The position numbers and the translations under genes were made by a program. From the human T2T-CHM13v2.0 reference genome, Homo sapiens: a DNA stretch of 64,000 nt. The stretch lies in assembly GCF_009914755.1 (NCBI RefSeq), contig NC_060932.1, one strand, 5' to 3'. Positions 52,284-64,000 of this stretch are shown piece after piece (within the stretch, counting starts at the first letter, position 1; every line of letters starts with the position of its first letter). The notes under the pieces were generated by a model that saw only the letters and a program-made list of their open reading frames with translations, did no database searches and was not told where the DNA came from.

Positions 52284-52578
52284 TGAAAAAAATGTATATG
52301 CCTTATTTAGAAAACACTTCATTGCTAAAGAATGCTAACTATCATTTGAGTCTTTAGTAATCTGTAATCATTTTGCTGATGGAGGGTCTTGCCTCAATGT
52401 TGATGGCTGTTGACTTATCAGGGTGATTATTGTCTGAAAAAAATGTATATGCCTTATTTAGAAAACACTTCATTGTTAAAGAATGCTAACTATCATTTGA
52501 GTCTTTAGTAATCTGTAATCATTTTGCTGATGGAGGGTCTTGCCTCAATGTTGATGGTTGTTGACTGATCAGGGTGAT
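52284..52578. repeat. 151-bp-period tandem duplication inside Tigger1
   Basis: 52284-52427 versus 52435-52578, 3 mismatches in 144 bp. Confidence 0.95.
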
Positions 52579-53863
52579 GGTTGCTGAAGGTTGGGATGGC
52601 TGTGGCAATTTCTTAAGAAAAAGACAACAGTAAAGTTTGACACAGTAATTGACTCTTTCTCTCACAGAAGATTTTTCTGTAGCATGAAATGTTATTTGAT
52701 AGCATTTTTACCCACAGTAGAATTCCTTTCCAAATGAGAGTCAATTCTCTCAAATCCCACTAAAGCTTTATTAACTAAGTTTATGTAATATTCTAAATAT
52801 TTTGTTGTCATTTCAACAATGTTCATAGGAGCTTCACTATGAGTAGATTTTATCTCCAGAAACTACTTTCTTTGCTTATTCATAAAAAGCAACTCTTCCT
52901 CTGTTCAAGTTTTATCATGAGATTGCAGCAATTCAGTCACATCTCCCTAAATGGATGTGGGCTCTACTAATTCTAGTTTTCTTGCTATTTCTACCACACC
53001 TGCAGTTACTTCTGCCACTGAAATCTTGAACCCCTCAAAGTCTTCTGTGAGGATTGCAATCAACTTCTTTCAAATTCCTGTTAATGTTGACATTTTTACC
53101 TCCTCCCATAAACCATGAATGTTCTTAATTGCATCTAGAATGGTGAATCCTTTCCAGAAGGTTTTCAACTTATTATGCTATTTGATACATAATTACCCAT
53201 CAAAGGTATCACTATCTATGGCAGCTATAGCCTTATGACACACATTTTTAAATAAGAAGACTTGAAAGTAGAAATTACTATTTGATCCATGCACTGCAGA
53301 ATGGATATTGTGTTAGCAGGCATGAAAACAACATTTGCCTCATTGTACATCTCCATCAGAGCTCTTAGGTGACCAGATATGTTGTCAATGAGTGGGGTAA
53401 TGTTTTGAAAAGAAATCTTTTTTCCAAGCAGTAGGTCTCAACAGTAGACTTAAAATATTCAGTAAACCATGCTGTAAACAGATGTGCTGTCATTCAGGCT
53501 TTATTGTTCCATTTTTACAGCACAGACAGAGTAGATTTGGCATAGTTCATAAGGGCCCTATATTTTTGAAATGGCAAATAAGCATTGGTTTCATGTTAAA
53601 GTCACCAGCTCCATTCATTCCTAATAAAATATTCAGCCTGTCTTTAGAAGCTTTGAAAGTAGGCATTGATTTTTTTCTCTCTAGCTATGAAAGTCCTAGA
53701 TGGCATCTTTCTTCAATAAAAGGTTGTTTTATCTATATTAAAAATCTGTTGTTTAGTGTAGCCACCTTCATCAATGAGCTTAACTAGATCTTCTGGATAA
53801 CTTGCTAAAGCTTCTACATCAGCACTTGCTGCTTCACCTTTCACATTTATGTTACAGAGATGA

Positions 53864-54336
<473 letters not shown>

Positions 54337-55559
54337 GAGAATATTGTGACTGATTTGATCTTCTATCCAAACCACTAAAATTTTCTCCATATCAGCAATA
54401 AAGTTGTTTTGCTTTCTTATCATGTATGGGTTCACTGGGGTAGCATTTTTAATTTCCTTCAAGAAGTTTTCCTTTGCATTCGCAATTTGGCTATTTGTTA
54501 CAAGACACCTAGATTTCAACATATCTCAGCTTTTAACATGCCTTCCTCACTAAGCTTCACCATGTCTAGCTTTTAATTTAAAGTGAGAGATGTGTGACTC
54601 CTCCTTTTACTAGAACATTTAGAGGCCATTATAGAGTTATGAATTGACCTAATTTCAACATTGTTGTGTATCAGGAAATGAAGAAGCCTGTGGAATGGCT
54701 GATCAATGGAACAATCAGAACACCCATAACATTTATTGATTAAGTTAGCTGTCTTATATGGGCACTGTTCATGATGCCTCAAAAAAATTACAATAGTAAC
54801 ATCAAAGATCGATGATCACAGTTCACCATAACAGATATAATAATAATAAACAAATTTGAAATATTTTGAGAATTACTGAAATGTGATACAGAGACATGAA
54901 GTGAGTACATGCTGTTGAAAAAATGGCATCTATAGACTTGCACTGTGCAGGGTTGCCACAAACCTTCAATTAGTAAGAAACACAATATCTGTGAAAACAC
55001 AGTAAAGAGAAGCACAATAAGATACAATATACCTGTAAATACGATACATTATTATTACTAAAGTCCTCACTTTGGTTTTCCGGTTCCTGTTTCTTTGGTC
55101 TTTTAACCACCTCAACCTCAATGCTTCAGAACCATGTGGAATCACCCACCCTGACTGTCACTTGCTTCTTTCATGATGACTTGCCTCAGCATTCCTGACA
55201 CCCTGGCCAGGTCCCTTTAATTCCCTCCCACCATGCCAGTGGAAGTGCAATACTATTGCAGGAAAATCACTTCCTACTAAACATTATTCATATTATACTT
55301 GGATGTATTTAAAGTATTGTGTTTGCAAATAGAGCAAGCTGACATTCAGTTGTGGAGTGCTCTAGCATCTAGGGCCAATGGCATCAGCCTCACATCCCTG
55401 GGCTCCTTAGGCACCTATGGATTCCAAGCCTCATCATATGATTTCTCATTTTTACACTGAAGTGATTCTCTGTACTACTCCTAATCTTTCATCTTTCATT
55501 GCCTTCCCAAGCTCTTCCATTGCACACTCTGGAATTCAGAATCTGCCATCAAGCCCCAC

Positions 55560-57610
55560 AACTCCAAAAACATTCTCAAAATGCATCTTCTGGACACTAA
55601 CTGAAACTAAACCCAAAACCATTTTGCCTGCAACATCTCAGGTATAGATTGTCTTTTTCCCATAATCTATACACCTCTAAGATCTAAGATCTACAGGCCT
55701 AAGATTGAGGTAGGAATTCCTCTTGCTTTCCACAGATGTTTCCAAATTGCCTTTCCTACTTTCTCCTTCAAAACTCAGGGCCCCATTATTGTAAATGTCA
55801 TCAGATTTTACCATTTCTTAATAGGTTGTTTTCACTGCATATCTTCTAATCACGCCCCATCCTGAATTTATAATTTCAACATCTTGTTCACTTTCTCCCT
55901 GCCACACTTTTAGTATTAATTTTCAGAAACTAAACCTTATGTAGATGGCCTCTCAGTTCTTGAACTCATTAGTGTTACATTTTATCCTACCTGATACCCA
56001 CTTCTGGAGTAATCATCAATTACTACATTTCACCAAACTCTTAGTTTAAAGGTCAATCATGCCCTAGTTTTCTACCCCACTTACTCACTCCACCAGTGAG
56101 GTCTTACATCTATTGACACTTCCACATTTCCACTCTTCATTTTCCTCCTTACCTTCCTCCCTGTCCTCCTTATCCTGTCTAGAATTCATAAGAAACATCT
56201 TCCCTCTTTAATCCACCCCCAATCTGTTTCTCTCCACTCTACTTATCTCACACAACTTCAATTTTATTTAAACTCAAATGTCTACTTATTCAACACTTGT
56301 AAATGGTCCACTGAATTTTGCCACTGGGGAGAAAAGTCACAGAACCATGGTGACTGTACTCACTTCAAATTTCAGATTACAATTCTAAAACAGGTACTCA
56401 ATATCATAAGACTTTGTTTCACTTTACTGATTAAATTTATTTTCCACAATCTTAGGTGATTATTTTATACATGTTTCTCCTCAAATCATCCAACTTCCCA
56501 CTTTTTATACCCTATATGCATCTGATAACCTCAACATGGACTTAGTAGAGACATTAGATAAGTTATCTCATTTATTCATTATTTCCACCAGAAGCTCTTT
56601 CTATGCACAGTGCTCTTTCTTCCTGCCCATCTCAATGAAAGATGTACACTTACTAATATTCTAGACACCTCATTACACTTGAGCCCTGCTTTCTATCCCC
56701 AGGATGTCTTATGAAGAACTTCATTTCATCACTGGCTTCTCTCCTGTATTGGTTTCTCTATCTTTAGTAGATGCTACCAAATCCTCAAATCTATGCCCTC
56801 TGTATCTACCCACAATGTACTAACAATCTAGTTGTTCCTGCCAGAAATCTGGCTTTCTTTCATCTCTTCACCTTCTACATCTAAGTCATCAGTAATTCCC
56901 AAGTCCCATAAGATAGACTTCAAAATATACTCTGAATTGACTGCATTTCACTCTCTCCAATGTCATGGGTCTATCCAAACCCTTGTTTTCTCCAGCATGA
57001 ACTACTGCTACAGTCTCCCATCAGCTCTTCCTGTCTCCACTCTTTTCATCCAAAGTGCATTTGCCACAGTGCCCTCAGGATATTCTTAAGAATAACTCAG
57101 ATCATGTCTCTCCTCTGCTATTAGTTCTCCAACAGCCTCCAAATATTTTTTTAAAAAAACAACTGTTTATTATGGTCCATAAACTTACACTTGTCCAGCT
57201 CTCCAGTCCCATCTCTCTCTAATATCCCTTTCAATAGAGATATTAACCTTCTTTCCATTCTTCTACTGTATCATTCCAAATCCTTGGCATTTGTTCTTTC
57301 CTTTGCACATTACTCAGATGTTAAACCTAGTATCACTTACTCAAAGAGGCCTCTTCCAGCCAACCCCACACTCTAGCTATCTCATTATTATTATCATATT
57401 CTTTCTTATCACTTCTTGGTTCTCAACATTTTTATTATTTATTTGTATTGTCTCCACCCTTCTCCCATCAGACACATATTACAGATACCTGTGTATAAGC
57501 CCCTTATAGCAGTAACTCTATCTTCTTCACTGCTGACTTGCTAGGACTTAAATTATATTTGACACATCACTTTTGATCTGCAAACATTTTATAAGTGACT
57601 AAATGATGAG
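55560..57610 (+). mobile_element. Long degenerate L2 (endonuclease region to 3' end, with deletions)
   Basis: cactaactgaaact (LTET-like), actactgctacagtctccc...ctcagatcatgtc, ctcaaagaggcctcttcc, L2-like 3' end; boundaries approximate. Confidence 0.6.
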
Positions 57611-57819
57611 TGGCTAAAATTTGAAGGCCTACTATTAAAAATCCATACTATTGAGACCTTCTGTTCATACTTGAGAAAGTAGGAGGAGGTATTAAACTAA
57701 GTAAAACAAGAGAATGTTGACAGAGGAAGAAATCAACTCTCCATATTTAAGCAGAGACAATGAGAATAGATGAGCTGCATAAAAGAAATACAAGATGGAT
57801 AGGAGCCACAGAGATATAA

Positions 57820-58430
57820 AACAGGCATATTTGAGATTTTACTGTATATCTTATATTACCCTGCTTTTTCACTTAATATTTTAAATACTTTCTCATATCA
57901 TTAAGATTCTTTATAAATATAATATTCAAATGTGGAATAATATTTTACTTTTTCTGGTGGGATCATAACTAATTTAACTATTCTTTAATTTTTTTTATAA
58001 ATGAATATGCTTATGAATTAGTCTTTTGCAACATTTCTGATTACTTTCTTAGAGTGAACTCTTAGTAGGGGAGAAACTACTTAAAAGGGATAAATATTTT
58101 TAATGTTATCAAGTCTTACTACTAACTAGCTTCCTAAGAAGTTTTGTGTAATTTATATTCATAGAATTTATAAGAAGAACAATTTCAAAGTACCTAACAT
58201 TAATAAAATTTATTTATTTGTTGTTCATTTATGAGAAAAAGGCTAATCTCAATATTTTTATTTACATTTCTGTGGTTACTAGAGTCATTAATATTTCACA
58301 TTTCCATTATCTTTTATATTTTATGCATTTATATTTTCTCTTTTCTCTTTTTGGTCTTGTTCTCATCTATTTGCATAACATTTTTATACATTAATATATT
58401 AACCATTTATCTATACTTGTTTCAAATATT
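57820..58430 (-). mobile_element. L1ME-like fragment
   Basis: ctgctttttcacttaatatttt...cataactaatttaacta...tttacatttctgtggttactag. Confidence 0.5.
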
Positions 58431-59053
58431 TAACTTACCTACAGATTTTAGAAAGAATATTTGACCTAATATCAGCAACAGTAAAGGCTCTGAAGCCAAA
58501 AGATAAATCTATGATAGGATAGAAAAGTACCTTCCTTCAGAGAGCAGAAAGTACTAACAATTGGCCCAGGTGGGAAAACTAAAGCAAAGTGAATTAAAAA
58601 TTTGCCTGAGTAGAGTTCAAGTGGAGCATAAAGCATTCAGGATTTTACAGATCAAAAGGAAGTAGGATTTAGTAAAGCAAGTTACCCAGACTTGTGCAGA
58701 TTTTTCTAGAAAAGCAAGGTCAGTCATGGCTGAGACACCAGATGCAGAGCATAAGACAGCCATTTATCTTTAGTGAATTAAGGATTAGACCATCTTTGAT
58801 ATCTTAGACATTTTTGTTTCTAACCTGCACCCTTTAACCTCACACATCTCTGCTCTAAAGCCATAAACATTAAGGAAATACAAAAAGATTTTTTAATCTA
58901 ATATCAGAGGAGAAGTCAGGGGAAAAGGACAGATGCTAAAGAGAACACAATTAAATTTTAAGACTTCTGTGAAGCTTGGGAATTGAGAAAATATCCCCTG
59001 AAGAGCACTTTGGTCAGGGCAGAGAAAAGAGAGAGCTGTGGAGACAAAGTTAG

Positions 59054-59604
59054 CCGTGGGGTTTAGGACACCCTATCCCAAAATAATGGCACTTTGGAAT
59101 ATTGATTATTTTAAGCTGAAGGATTTTGAGAAAACAACAGAAGCAGGAGGGTTATTCTCACCCTCTCCTGAAGCAAATCATAAAACCTAGGATGGATTTT
59201 CTGACCTTCCCTGAAGTGGGGATGAGACCCTCATTAGAGAGGTGCCCTCCCTGTAAGTAAAGGCAAGGAACATCCTTGCCTCTGAAGACACAGGGTCAGA
59301 GAGAAGAAACTGAACAAATGGCCTTGCTAAGTATCCCCCAGTTCATTATCCTTAGATCACATCTCTTTTGTCCAATTTCTTTACAACTGTCCACTTGTCG
59401 TCAAACTTAGCATATAAATACAACACAAGTTTAACTGTTTCTTAGGGCCTTCATTTCCTTATGAGGGTCTCATGTCACATAAAACTTATATTAAATAAGT
59501 TGACATGTGTTTTTTTTTTTTTTTTTTTGTTAGTCTGTCTTTTGTTTCAGGGCTTAAGTCATGAACTTAGATGGGTGAGGAAAAGGTGTTTCTCCTCCCC
59601 AACA
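59054..59604 (+). mobile_element. ERV1 solo LTR (MER34-like)
   Basis: ggggtttaggacaccctatcccaaaataatggcac...ttttaagctgaagg; ends ctcctccccaaca; TSD ttag/ttag. Confidence 0.75.
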
Positions 59605-60699
59605 TTAGTCTTGAGACCCTAAATATAGGTGTTAACCCAACCACAGACCAAGTTAGATCTGGGTTTCCCTAGTGAGTTGAATAAAAAAGTCAACAGACTT
59701 CAAAAAGCAAAGCCTTTAAAACCCAAACCTAAAATATAGAAGAGGAGGATCTATATTTTCCTTACAAAATCATGGTCTTTGTCATATGTGCATATTCTCA
59801 GGATGGAGGCCAGCTGTGCACCCTGGGAGCTGGCACAGACACAGGAACTCATGCCTCCTGGATCTGTCACATTTCCCAACCAGAGTTGAATGCCTTGAAA
59901 TAGTGCCCATTGAGAATGTCCTTATTAACAACATACCATGCCACTAGACTGTTTTCCGTTTAATTTTATCTGAAATTTATGATGATAAACCTGTTAGCCA
60001 ATTTCCTGAAAGATATTGCCACCACAGTGTCTTTCTCTTTCCAAGCTCACTTTTTGCATATAGAGTCAATTGCCATTCCACAATGGGAGGAAAAAGATTA
60101 CCTTCATTATCTCGCTTTCTTTATTTATTCAGATTTCCCTCAGGCATTTTAATGTTGCCCAAAAGTGTCTTGCTCTTAGTAATTCTGTTCTTTTAATATC
60201 ATGGAAATTGGCTTTAGGATGCAGTGCGTGAAAAGGTAAAAGGAAAAGTTTACTTTAGTTATCCCAAAATTAAAGTGGTTCATGAAAAGGAAATCTGTTT
60301 TGTTGTTGTGGTGCTGGTGGTGGTTGTTTGCACGAACACTTTTCTCAAAGTCTGTTTTTATAAAGGTCTTAAATCTTAGAGCTATTCGTCTTGCTTGCTC
60401 ACCACATCGTTCCTCCTCCTGCATGGAATTCCTCTAACTGCTTTTCTTGTCCATTTCAATCTCAGCCATTTCAATTCTCCTCCAATGCATTTTCACCATC
60501 ACAACAGTACTCTGAAACCACCTCTGTACTTTCATTCAGTATCACAGAGGATATCTGAGTATCATCCTTCCCCCATTCATTTATTATTTTATTCAACTAA
60601 CTAATTAGAATCCCTGTTGCAAGTCAGAGTCAAGGAAAATGCAGTCTCATTCATTCACTTACACTGTTTTAGGTGACCTTTTAAAATTGTATGGATAAT

Positions 60700-61935
60700 T
60701 TTAAGAAATTTACCAGTTTCATCTGGCTTTCAAATGTATTACTTATGGTAATTCACAATACATGTTAAAATCTCAATAGTTATTTCTTCCTTTTTAGTTT
60801 TTAATTTGTAGCTACTTCTACCTTTTCATTCTTTATTTTGCCTGTTAGCATATTTTCCCTCTTTCTTCTTGGTCAGTCTTGACAGAAGTTTGTATGTCTT
60901 AATAATCTTTTGGAAGAGTCAGTTTCCCATTTGCTAATCTTCTTTCTCATTTGTTTATGATCTAAATTGTGTTATATCTTCTTTTACCTTGGTTATATTC
61001 TTGTTTCTTGCTTCTTTGAGTTTGATATGTTTTTTCCTCTCTAACTTTCTGACTTGAGTGTGAAAATAATTTACCTTCCACCTTTCTTCTTTCTTGATAA
61101 TTGTACTTATAGCTCTGCAATCTTTTTTAAGCACTGCTTTAGCTCTTTCCCAAAATTTGATTTTTAACATGCTTATGATCACTAATTCTGAAAACTTCTT
61201 AATTTTCTTTAATATTTCCTTTTTAACCAAAGGGTTACTTAATAATCTTTATTATTTAGTTTTCAAAAATATTGGATTTTATAAAAACGATATTTTGTCT
61301 TATATTGATTCTTTAACATTTATTGAGACTTCTGTTATGTCCTAATACAGACCTTTTTTTTTTGGCCAAATGTTTGTACATGTTTAAAAAAATACCACCT
61401 CTGTTGAGTGTAGATTGTTTTTAATGCTTTTTAGTATTCAAAATCTTTGCTTCTTCTGCTAGTTTAAGGTCTTAATTTCTAAAAACAGGTGTTACGATTT
61501 CTGATAACTGTTCTCTCTTTTTGTCATCATTTCTGCCAGTCAATGTTTCATACATTTGGAGGTTATATTTCTAGATGCATATATGTGTATGCCACTGTTT
61601 TATTATATCTTATACAAGTATATAATATTCTCCTTTGAACATTATGCTACTTCTGCCTTAAATTTTATTTACTCACATATTATGAATACAATGCCAGCTT
61701 TCCTTTGGTTCTGTTTTCTTTGAGATATTTTATATCCCTTCACTTCTAATCCTTCTCTTCTTGTTTTAAGTATGTGTCTTTCAGGCAAGTTTTTAGGTTT
61801 TGTTTTTAATTTAATCTAAGAGTTTTCATTTTTTTAATTGGTATGTCTAATCCATTTATAACTACCCTATTTTTAGTAGATTTATGTTTCATCATATAAT
61901 TTTTCATTTTCCATTAACTTTTCTCATTAAATTTT
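60700..61935 (-). mobile_element. Old L1M ORF2 5' (endonuclease-adjacent) fragment
   Basis: ORF 60955-61230 FWERAKAVLK...IKKEERWKVN...KLERKKHIKLK resembles L1 ORF2 LWDAAKAVLRGKF... Confidence 0.75.
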
Positions 61936-61939
61936 TTTC

Positions 61940-62555
61940 TGAGTAAAATAAAAAACAAATGTAGACTTAATTAAGAAATGGCTTTATTCAAAAAGATTAT
62001 AACAATAAGTAAAGAAAATTATAAAAGGGAAAATTCTCAGTCCATAAGATTGGGCAGAAAGGGATTTTCTTTTATAAGGAGGAATAAGTATGCCTACAAA
62101 AACTTGGTATAGGATACTGGAATAAAAGGGTAAAGCAATGGAACCGTTAAGCAGGAATGCCTTTCCTTAAATTAAGTTCAGCAGATTCTTGGGAGAGTCC
62201 ATAAAGGAGACCCTAAACATTCAGCATTCCCCACTACAATGGTGGCTCAGGCTGAGGAAGCCTCACAGTTCAAGGCCCTAAGGAAGGAGAGATGGCTGAC
62301 AAAAGTTTAGTCAAATCAAGTTAGCAGGTATTTTTTTCTGATTGATTGTGGGTACAAACAGTATAGCTTATTATTTTTGAGGCAAAGAATGGGAATGTAG
62401 AGAGTCTGTTTCTGGCCTAGTCATAGGTTTAAAAAAAGAGGGGAAATCTGCGAGTCTTACGAAAATCACATGGGGAAGCGTATTTCTTTGCAATAAGCCC
62501 TTTCTTGGGACACAAAAAAGTGGGAAGAGTAGTCTCAGATAGTTCAACATTGTCA
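61940..62555 (-). mobile_element. ERV1 LTR (MER89/MER90/MER110-like)
   Basis: Minus strand TGACAATGTTG...cttcccacttttttgtgtcccaagaaagggcttattgcaaag, AATAAA near the end, CA terminus. Confidence 0.55.
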
Positions 62556-63186
62556 CCTTCTTTCAATTGAATATACCATTTTCATTTGAAAGTCATATCT
62601 TATTGTATTAGATCTTTTTTAAAGATCTATTCTCTGTTCATTTTAAGTAAATTTATCAATATTTATATACTTATCAATATTGTATCAATATTTATACAAG
62701 ATAAGTATTTTATTATACCCTTGTGTTTCCTGTTCTCAAAATGTGTCTTCGTAAACACTAGCATAAACAAGCTTATATGTTTTTCCTTATCTTTATCATT
62801 ACAGATTCTAAGATGATATGGCTAATTTCTTCCATACCTTTTTACTTTTAATATTTACCAAATGTAATTCCTGATCACAATGTGATTCATAATTATCTGT
62901 CTTTCTCTTCTATCTTAAAAATGTTGTTTTTAGCAAAAAAATTTAGACATGAATTATGTACTTTCTCAAAAAGTCTGTAAGCTATGTGATATAATATGTG
63001 CTCTGTACACCTTTCATTAATGACAAAGGATATGTCAAGTGGACGTTCACATAATTATATTCATCAATTGTAACTACAACGTGCCATAGACAGTTTTCTC
63101 ACATCTGTTAAGAAAATATTACGTATTTCCTCTATCTGGCTGTTGATGTAAAAATATTAATATGATTACACACACACCCACACATA

Positions 63187-64000
63187 AAAAAATGGAAAGA
63201 CATCTCATACTTATGGATTGGTAGAATTAATATTGTTAAAATGACAATACTACCCAAAGCAATCTACAGATTCAATGCAGTCCATATAAAAATACGAAAG
63301 ACATCCTTCACAGAAATAGAAAAAAAATCCTAAAATTTGTATAAAACCACAAAAGACCTCAAATAGCCAAAGCAATCCTGAACAAAAAGAACAAAGCTGG
63401 AGGCATCATGCTACCAGACTTCAAAATATAGTCCAAAGCTGAAGTAATCTAAACAGCATGGTACTAGTATAAAAACAAGCACAAACAAACACATCAACCA
63501 ATAGGACAGAACAGAAAACCCAGAAATTAATCCACCTATCTACAGCCAACTGATTTTTTTACCAAGATGCCAAGAATACTCATTGGGGAAAGGGTAGACT
63601 CTTCATAAAGTGCAGTGGGAAAACTGGATATCCACACAAAAATGAAACTAGACCCTTTTATGAATAAGACTAAATGCACTGGCAACAGAAGCAATAATAA
63701 ACAAATGGGATTATATCAAACTAAAAAGTTTCCTTTTCACAGCAAAGGAAAATGCCAACAGAATGAAAAGACAACCCATGGAATGGGAGAAAATATCTGC
63801 ATACTACTCATCCAACAGGGGATTAATATCCAGAATATACAAGGAAATCAAACATTGCAACAGCACAAAAAACCCCAATCCAATTAAAAATGGGAAAAAT
63901 GATCTGAACAGACATTTCTCAACAGAAGGCATACAAATGGCCAACAAATATATAAGAAAATGCTCAACATCACTAATCATCAGGAAAATGCAAATCAAAA
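63187..64000 (+). mobile_element. L1 (L1MA-like) ORF2 fragment continuing beyond the window
   Basis: atactacccaaagcaatctacagattcaatgc...aacaaagctggaggcatc...atcaggaaaatgcaaatcaaaa. Confidence 0.92.

Overview
Primate (almost certainly human) non-coding genomic DNA, AT-rich and dominated by interspersed repeats: Alu, L1, L2, MIR, MaLR/ERVL/ERV1 LTRs, a near full-length Tigger1 and a MER5A. I see no intact cellular protein-coding gene. The recognisable coding-derived segments are a degraded processed RPL23 pseudogene (29184-29676, minus) and a heavily deleted HERV-S/HERVL18 provirus (21796-24585, minus) with two LTR18-type LTRs, a tRNA-Ser PBS and a PPT, nested inside an MLT2 LTR. The most interesting signal is in this provirus. 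About half of the Trp codons I can infer in the pol connection/RNase H segment have become stops through sense-strand G-to-A changes, consistent with APOBEC3-type hypermutation, while a chimeric gag-RT ORF of 293 codons further 5' stays open. Several repeat-free blocks rich in homeodomain, FOX, GATA and AP-1 motifs look like distal enhancers. Repeat subfamily names come from recall of consensus sequences and need RepeatMasker/Dfam confirmation. I found no convincing new biological system.
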